The notes beneath the pieces are model-generated. The model did no database searches, had not been told where the DNA came from, and was given only the letters and a program-made list of their open reading frames with translations. A stretch of 64,000 bases of DNA from an uncultured Acidobacteriota bacterium (GTDB taxonomy: Bacteria > Acidobacteriota > Thermoanaerobaculia > Multivoradales > UBA5704). This document shows, piece after piece, positions 59,324-64,000 of this stretch. The stretch is from contig CAVYRF010000002.1 of the NCBI GenBank assembly GCA_963770895.1, positions 4,192,001 through 4,256,000 on the forward strand. The letters run 5' to 3'. Each line of letters begins with the position of its first letter. Position 1 is the stretch's first letter. The translations under genes and the position numbers were made by a program.

Positions 59324-59571
59324 GGCATGTTGCGTCTCCACGCTTCTGGGCGATGTATCAGGCATTGCCGCTCGATGTCAGGTATCTGGCAGACAAGAGC
59401 TTTGCGCTCTTGAAGTCCGACCCCCGCCACCCTTCCCTCCACTTCAAGAAGCTCGGCCAACTCTGGTCAGTCCGCGTGGGCAATCACTACCGTGCCCTCG
59501 GAACAGAAGTTGAGAGCGGTATTTACTGGATCTGGATCGGCACCCACGCCGAGTACGACAAAAGAACATAG
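59320..59571 (+). CDS. ParE/RelE-superfamily toxin
   Basis: FWAMYQALP, DPRHPSLHFKK, WSVRVG.HYRALG, WIGTHAEYD. Confidence 0.82.
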   Translation: MRHVASPRFWAMYQALPLDVRYLADKSFALLKSDPRHPSLHFKKLGQLWSVRVGNHYRALGTEVESGIYWIWIGTHAEYDKRT

Positions 59572-59759
59572 GCGGCTGTCGTCGGCGTGCCCAGAACTTG
59601 CTGAGTGGCTACCGGGAGGCGTCGGCGGATAGGCAGCGGCGATACGATATGTAAGCGTCAAGCGCCCAGTCCCAGGCGGCTTGGGCGGCGTCCGGATCGC
59701 CGGCGGCCTGCTCGAGATTCTAGGCGAATATTCTTGGACGCTGCCAATACGCGGCCGCG

Positions 59760-59972
59760 TCACAGGTCGCTGGGGCTGAGACCTGTGTTCTTGGCGATCT
59801 TGGCGAGCATTCGAGGTCCAATTTCATCGCCCTCATGGAAGGCCCAGACGTAATCTGGCCAGCCGGCACGCTGAAGTACTCTGTGGGACCCGGAACTTCG
59901 CTTGACCGCCCAGCCCTTTCGCAGGAGTGCGGTCAGAACTCGACTTGCCTTTGTTGACGGCCAGGCGCTCAA
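59760..59972 (-). CDS. hicA: HicA-family mRNA interferase toxin
   Basis: LLRKGW...GSHRVL...HEGDEIGPRML..IAK. Confidence 0.88.
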   Translation of the reverse strand: MSAWPSTKASRVLTALLRKGWAVKRSSGSHRVLQRAGWPDYVWAFHEGDEIGPRMLAKIAKNTGLSPSDL

Positions 59973-60184
59973 GCAGCGGCGTTGACGACGAAGGAAAGAT
60001 CCAAGGGGGAAGCCGGCGCCTCGCCGTGCTCGAGCCGATCCGCGACGACTCGCAGCGCCAAGGCTTGGGCGCTGGCGAGGGCTTCGTCGCGAGAAGCGCC
60101 GTAGACCAAGGTCCCAGGCAGGTCCACGACCTCGGCGATCCAGCGCCCGTCCGTTTCCTGGTCCAGTTCAACGGTGAGTTTCAT
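59969..60184 (-). CDS. hicB: Short HicB-family antitoxin
   Basis: DGRWIAEVVDLPG...GASRDEAL; overlaps hicA by 4 nt. Confidence 0.88.
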   Translation of the reverse strand: MKLTVELDQETDGRWIAEVVDLPGTLVYGASRDEALASAQALALRVVADRLEHGEAPASPLDLSFVVNAAA

Positions 60185-60320
60185 GGGATCTCAGGGTAGC
60201 ACGCCGCAAACTCGACCCGCCAGGATCGCTAGGCGGGGCGCTGTTGCCGGCCCCCCTGAGGGGTAGACCGGCGTTTGGATGGGCGCGAGCGGCTGAAAGT
60301 TTGCGGGCGGGCTGGTGGGG

Positions 60321-62459
60321 CTAGCCGTCCTGGGCGACTTGGGAGTGGTCGCGGAGCTTTTCGGCGGCGGGGGAGAGGGGGGCGTTGATGAGGATTTTGT
60401 TGATGCGTTCGCTGGCTTTGGTGGCGTCGCCGAGGCCCTGGTAGAGGACGACTTCGCCGTAGAGGTTGTCGGCCAGGACGTTGAGGCGATCCAGGACGGG
60501 GATGACGAATTCGCCTTCGGGGAAGCGGCGGAGGTATTCGGCGCCGTTGGCGGGGTCGTCGTAGATGTGGGCGACCTTGGTGAGGCGGTCGCCGGCCAGC
60601 TTTTGCATTTCGGTGTCGCGCTGCTGGTCGACCAGCTCCTGCAGGGCGGCCAGCTCCTTGAGGGTGCTGGTGAGGTTGCGCAGGCCGGTGCGGGCGCGTT
60701 TGCCGAAGTCGGTGTCGGGGCCGGCTTCCCAGGCGGTGAGGTATTGGCGCACGGCTTCGGTCTCGTTGCCGGTGCGGCTGTAGGCGTCGCCCAGGGCGAG
60801 GGCGACCTGCGGCACTTGCGGGGCGTCGGGGAAGTTGCTCAGGAAGGCGACCAGGAAGGGGGTTTCATAGATGCCGTCGGTGAACACTTCCACGGCGTGC
60901 GGATAGAGCGCCTTGCGCTGGTCGTCCAGGGCCGCGATCTCGATTGCGAGGGTCGCCACCAGGGGCGGCACGGGGCCGGTGGGGTCGAGCGACTGGACCT
61001 CGGCAAGCTCGCGGCGGTAGGCCCGCACGACGGAGCCGTAGTCGTGCAGCTCGGGGGCGCAGGTGGTGCTTTGGAAGCCGTGGAAACCCGCCAGCTGGCC
61101 GGGGGTCGGGCGGACGCGCCCGCTGCCGCCGCGATTGCTGGGGGCGGTGGCGGTGCGGTTGGCGTCGCGACGCGGCGTGACTTCGGGGCAGCTGGCGAGC
61201 TTGGCGTCACGGATCTTGTGCAGGCGGGCCAGCCGGATGGAGTCGGCGATGCTGCCCTTGGGCCAGACGCCCAGGGCGCTCTGATAGAGCAGCTCGCTGA
61301 CGGTCTTGGGCGGCTGCGGCGCTTCGGGGTCTTCCTCACGCCGGACTTCGCCGGAGGAATCCGGCTCGGGTTCGGGCCTGGGCTTTGGCGGCTTGAGGGC
61401 TTCCTTGATGCGTGCGTGGGCCGCGTAGTTGACCAGAACCTGCTGGGTGGCCTGCCGGTAGGCGTCGGCGGATTGGCGCTTCTGGATGCTGAAGCTCTGC
61501 TTGCGGGCTTCGCCGGCGCGCATGCGTTCCTGCGAGAAGGGGTGGGTCTGCAGGTAGCCGTATTCGCGGACCTGCGGCGAGCGGGCTTCCATCCTGACCC
61601 ACAGGCGCCGGGTGCCGTCGGGGTCGTAGCCGGCGGCGGCGGCGAGCTGCTGGCCCACGAAGTCGGCTTCGTCTTCGTTGTCGCGGCTGTAGCCGCGCAG
61701 CAGCAGTTCCCCCAACACCAGGCTGGCCGCGGCGGCGCCCTGGACGCGGTTGCCGTCGCCGTAGTCGTAGCCGTAGCGCGGGTCGTAAGGCCCTTCCAGC
61801 CCCTGCTTGGGGGGATTGCGGGCGGAGGTGACCAGCACGCCCGCCACCAGCAGATCGCCAAGGATGCTCATCAGCATCGCCCGGTGCGCCAGGTGGATCT
61901 GGTGCTCCCTGATGACGTGGGTCATTTCGTGACCCAGCAAGCACGCCACCATGTCGTCGTCGAGGTCGAGATCGAGCATGCCGCGGGTGACGAAGATCTG
62001 GCCGCCGGGCAGGGCGAAGGCGTTGGGTTCCGCCATGTTCACCAAGGTGAAGGTGATCGGGAACTTGTAGTAGTCGTTGTGCTGTGCCAGCTCGTAGCCG
62101 ATGCGGTTGATGCGGGTGGCCATGGCCGGGTTGTCGTAGAAGCCGTACTCTTCGATGACTTCCACGGCCGCTCCGGCGCTCTGGTTGAAGAGCTTCTCAT
62201 CGGAGATCGTCGGCGGCTGCTGGACCAGGTGCTCGCCGGGGGGCAGCTTGATCGCGACGGTGTCCGGCGATGCCGGCGCCGGTGTGGACGCCGTCGATGG
62301 TGGCGCGGCCGGCGCGGCTGGCGGGGCAGCGGTCGAAGTTTGAGCGGTGGTCGCTGTTGGCGTGGGGCTTGGAGCGGCGGCGCCAAGCTGCGTCGGCAGG
62401 GTGCCGGGCAGCAGGAGGAGTGCGAGGGCAGGGGCGATCGCGCGCGCGTTCATGGGCAA
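60321..62459 (-). CDS. M48 (BepA/YfgC-like) metalloprotease with C-terminal TPR-like region
   Basis: Signal peptide; PNAFALPGG, GHEMTH, YSRDNEDEAD, THP. Confidence 0.88.
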   Translation of the reverse strand: MPMNARAIAPALALLLLPGTLPTQLGAAAPSPTPTATTAQTSTAAPPAAPAAPPSTASTPAPASPDTVAIKLPPGEHLVQQPPTISDEKLFNQSAGAAVEVIEEYGFYDNPAMATRINRIGYELAQHNDYYKFPITFTLVNMAEPNAFALPGGQIFVTRGMLDLDLDDDMVACLLGHEMTHVIREHQIHLAHRAMLMSILGDLLVAGVLVTSARNPPKQGLEGPYDPRYGYDYGDGNRVQGAAAASLVLGELLLRGYSRDNEDEADFVGQQLAAAAGYDPDGTRRLWVRMEARSPQVREYGYLQTHPFSQERMRAGEARKQSFSIQKRQSADAYRQATQQVLVNYAAHARIKEALKPPKPRPEPEPDSSGEVRREEDPEAPQPPKTVSELLYQSALGVWPKGSIADSIRLARLHKIRDAKLASCPEVTPRRDANRTATAPSNRGGSGRVRPTPGQLAGFHGFQSTTCAPELHDYGSVVRAYRRELAEVQSLDPTGPVPPLVATLAIEIAALDDQRKALYPHAVEVFTDGIYETPFLVAFLSNFPDAPQVPQVALALGDAYSRTGNETEAVRQYLTAWEAGPDTDFGKRARTGLRNLTSTLKELAALQELVDQQRDTEMQKLAGDRLTKVAHIYDDPANGAEYLRRFPEGEFVIPVLDRLNVLADNLYGEVVLYQGLGDATKASERINKILINAPLSPAAEKLRDHSQVAQDG

Positions 62460-62537
62460 ATAGTAGGCCTCTTACGTCAGTTCGGCAAAGGCAGGTGGCT
62501 GCGGCTTACACCAATTGCGTTTGGGCAGCGATCCGCC

Positions 62538-62780
62538 TCATGCCTGGGGCGCCACGGCCGTGGGAGGTTGTAAGACCCCTGGCGGCCTGGCGTCGAAAGC
62601 GCCGAGGAGTGCGGCGATGATCAAGGCGATCAGGATGGTGATCGCCACGCACCCGGCGACACAGATGAAAATGAAGGTGGCGAGACTGATGACCCCGGCC
62701 AATAGAATCAGGATGAGCAGCAGGAGCCCGGTTGCGGCGAGGATGGACACGACCCAGGAAACCACGTCGAGGTAGGGCAT
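62538..62780 (-). CDS. Small hydrophobic membrane protein
   Basis: 80 aa, about 55 nearly continuous hydrophobic residues; GGAGGA RBS and TGcTAAGAT -10. Confidence 0.6.
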   Translation of the reverse strand: MPYLDVVSWVVSILAATGLLLLILILLAGVISLATFIFICVAGCVAITILIALIIAALLGAFDARPPGVLQPPTAVAPQA

Positions 62781-62868
62781 CAAACACCGTTCCTCCACGG
62801 CTATCTTAGCAGGTCGGAGCGATTCGCGGAGGTCCGCGAGTGGCCCGCGTGTGGTAGGTTCATGGCCC

Positions 62869-63147
62869 ATGAGCGACTTGACCATTGAGGTGAAGACCGT
62901 CAAATCTTCGATGGGGGAGATCCGCCCGGCAATCGATGCCGGCCTCCTGGAGGCTTTCCCCGGTGGAATGCTCAAATGGCGCTGGGAGGGTGACGTCCTG
63001 CACCTCTCCGGTCCGGGCGCCAAAGGCACGCTGGTCCTCGAAGGCGACCGGCTCGTGGGGCGCGCCCACCTGGGGCCGCCGGCGAGCATGATGCGGCCGA
63101 TCATCGAGCAGAAAATTCGCAGCGTCATGCAGAAAGTCGCCGCCTGA
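62869..63147 (+). CDS. Polyhydroxyalkanoate-system-associated small protein (PHA_gran_rgn-like)
   Basis: WRWEGDVLHLSGPGAKGTL...LGPPASMMRPIIEQKI pattern. Confidence 0.6.
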   Translation: MSDLTIEVKTVKSSMGEIRPAIDAGLLEAFPGGMLKWRWEGDVLHLSGPGAKGTLVLEGDRLVGRAHLGPPASMMRPIIEQKIRSVMQKVAA

Positions 63148-63302
63148 AGGGCGGCGGAGCCGCCGCGCAGCACCCGCGCGCCGCTCTCCGCCGGCCGCCA
63201 ATTTGCCGGCCCTTGCGGCGGCCTCCGCCTCAGACCCGCTGACGCAGGCGTCGCCGGCGCCGCCGCCGGAAACATGGGGCGGGGCGCAGTCGGCGTCAAG
63301 CC

Positions 63303-64000
63303 ATGGTGGACCATCCGACCCAATTGTTGGCAGCGCTGCGGGCGCGGGCAGCCGCGGAGCCTGAATCGCCGTTCCTGTTCTGGCCCGATGGCTGGGACTG
63401 GCGGTGGTGGTCCTGGGGGCGGGTCGCCCAGCTGACCGCGCGCTGGCAGAAGACCCTGGTGGAGCTGCCGGCCGGCGCCCGCGTCGGGTTTGCGGGCGAC
63501 GCCTGGCCGGGCGCGCTGGTTCTCGACCTGGCGGTGCAGGCAGCGGGCCTGGAAGCGGTGCCGACCGCGGCGATCTCCGCGGGCGAGCCCGCTCCGGCGG
63601 AGCATGCAGGCGGTCCGGACGTCGTATCGCCCATGGCGGCGTCAGCCGGCGCGCCGACGATTTCGGCGTGGCTGGAAGTGGCGGTGGACGGCCCGGTGCG
63701 GACCCGCTGGGACAGAGACCTGCAGATCCGCGTGCTCCCGCGCCGAGGCGCCGGAGAGGCGCGGCGCTCCGAGCGCTTTGGGCGGATCGATGGGCTGGAA
63801 TCGGCCGCGGCAGGGATGTGGGATTCGGCGGCGGTGCCGGCCGTGACCCAGGCAGTAGGTCCGGCGCCGGCGGTAGGAGCGAACCTGGAATCCGAATCGG
63901 GGGTGGAGGCGACGGCGCAAGCCGGACCCGCGGCGGAGGCAGCGAAGCACGGATCGTCGACGACGGCCGGCGAGGCTGAGGTAGCGGCGGCGGGGGCGGT
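63303..64000 (+). CDS. AMP-binding (acyl-CoA synthetase-like) N-terminal region, divergent, 3'-partial
   Basis: Open frame from ATG 63303 to the window end (absent from the track): LRARAAAEPESPFL...WRWWSWGRV...GARVGF...DLAVQAAGLEAVP. Confidence 0.5.
   Translation, partial: MVDHPTQLLAALRARAAAEPESPFLFWPDGWDWRWWSWGRVAQLTARWQKTLVELPAGARVGFAGDAWPGALVLDLAVQAAGLEAVPTAAISAGEPAPAEHAGGPDVVSPMAASAGAPTISAWLEVAVDGPVRTRWDRDLQIRVLPRRGAGEARRSERFGRIDGLESAAAGMWDSAAVPAVTQAVGPAPAVGANLESESGVEATAQAGPAAEAAKHGSSTTAGEAEVAAAGA

Noticed and set aside
57540-60310. Possible integron cassette array (MBL, GNAT, TA pairs)
   Set aside because: No attC sites (RYYYAAC...GTTRRRY) or integrase seen; orientations are mixed.

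Overview
High-GC bacterial chromosomal window with about 50 genes. I found no rRNA, tRNA, CRISPR array, integrase or transposase. Gene content (XRE pairs, DUF4388-J-TPR protein, FHA-GGDEF, VPS10/BNR protein, and a secreted GH with a paired 'FWFFYGALTNV' C-terminal module) suggests a soil Acidobacteriota/Thermoanaerobaculia-like organism; this is inference. Most long ORFs in the track are antisense or off-frame GC artefacts. Ordinary content: peptide scavenging (OPT, PepT, S9 peptidase, PepF, M48, HtrA-like), an AttEFGH-type ABC/lipocalin locus, LemA-TPM-TPM, SthA, signalling proteins and four toxin-antitoxin pairs. Two tightly coupled biosynthetic operons stand out. (i) 45480-55249: flippase-like protein, sialyltransferase-like GT-B, cytidylyltransferase, divergent split transketolase, class III aminotransferase, SDR, KdsC, short NeuB and a membrane lipid hydroxylase; candidate pathway for an unusual amino-ulosonic-acid glycolipid. 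(ii) 14237-22740: GT-C, AsnB amidotransferase, divergent Cys-tailed Mur ligase, signal-less binding-protein fold, PaaK-like adenylating enzyme and methyltransferase. Also notable: a lower-GC OB/TIMP-like plus Asp-metzincin pair, a cI/cro-like XRE switch beside a MenAT1-like TA pair, and pervasive 9-bp in-frame tandem duplications. All family calls come from motif recognition by eye, not database searches.
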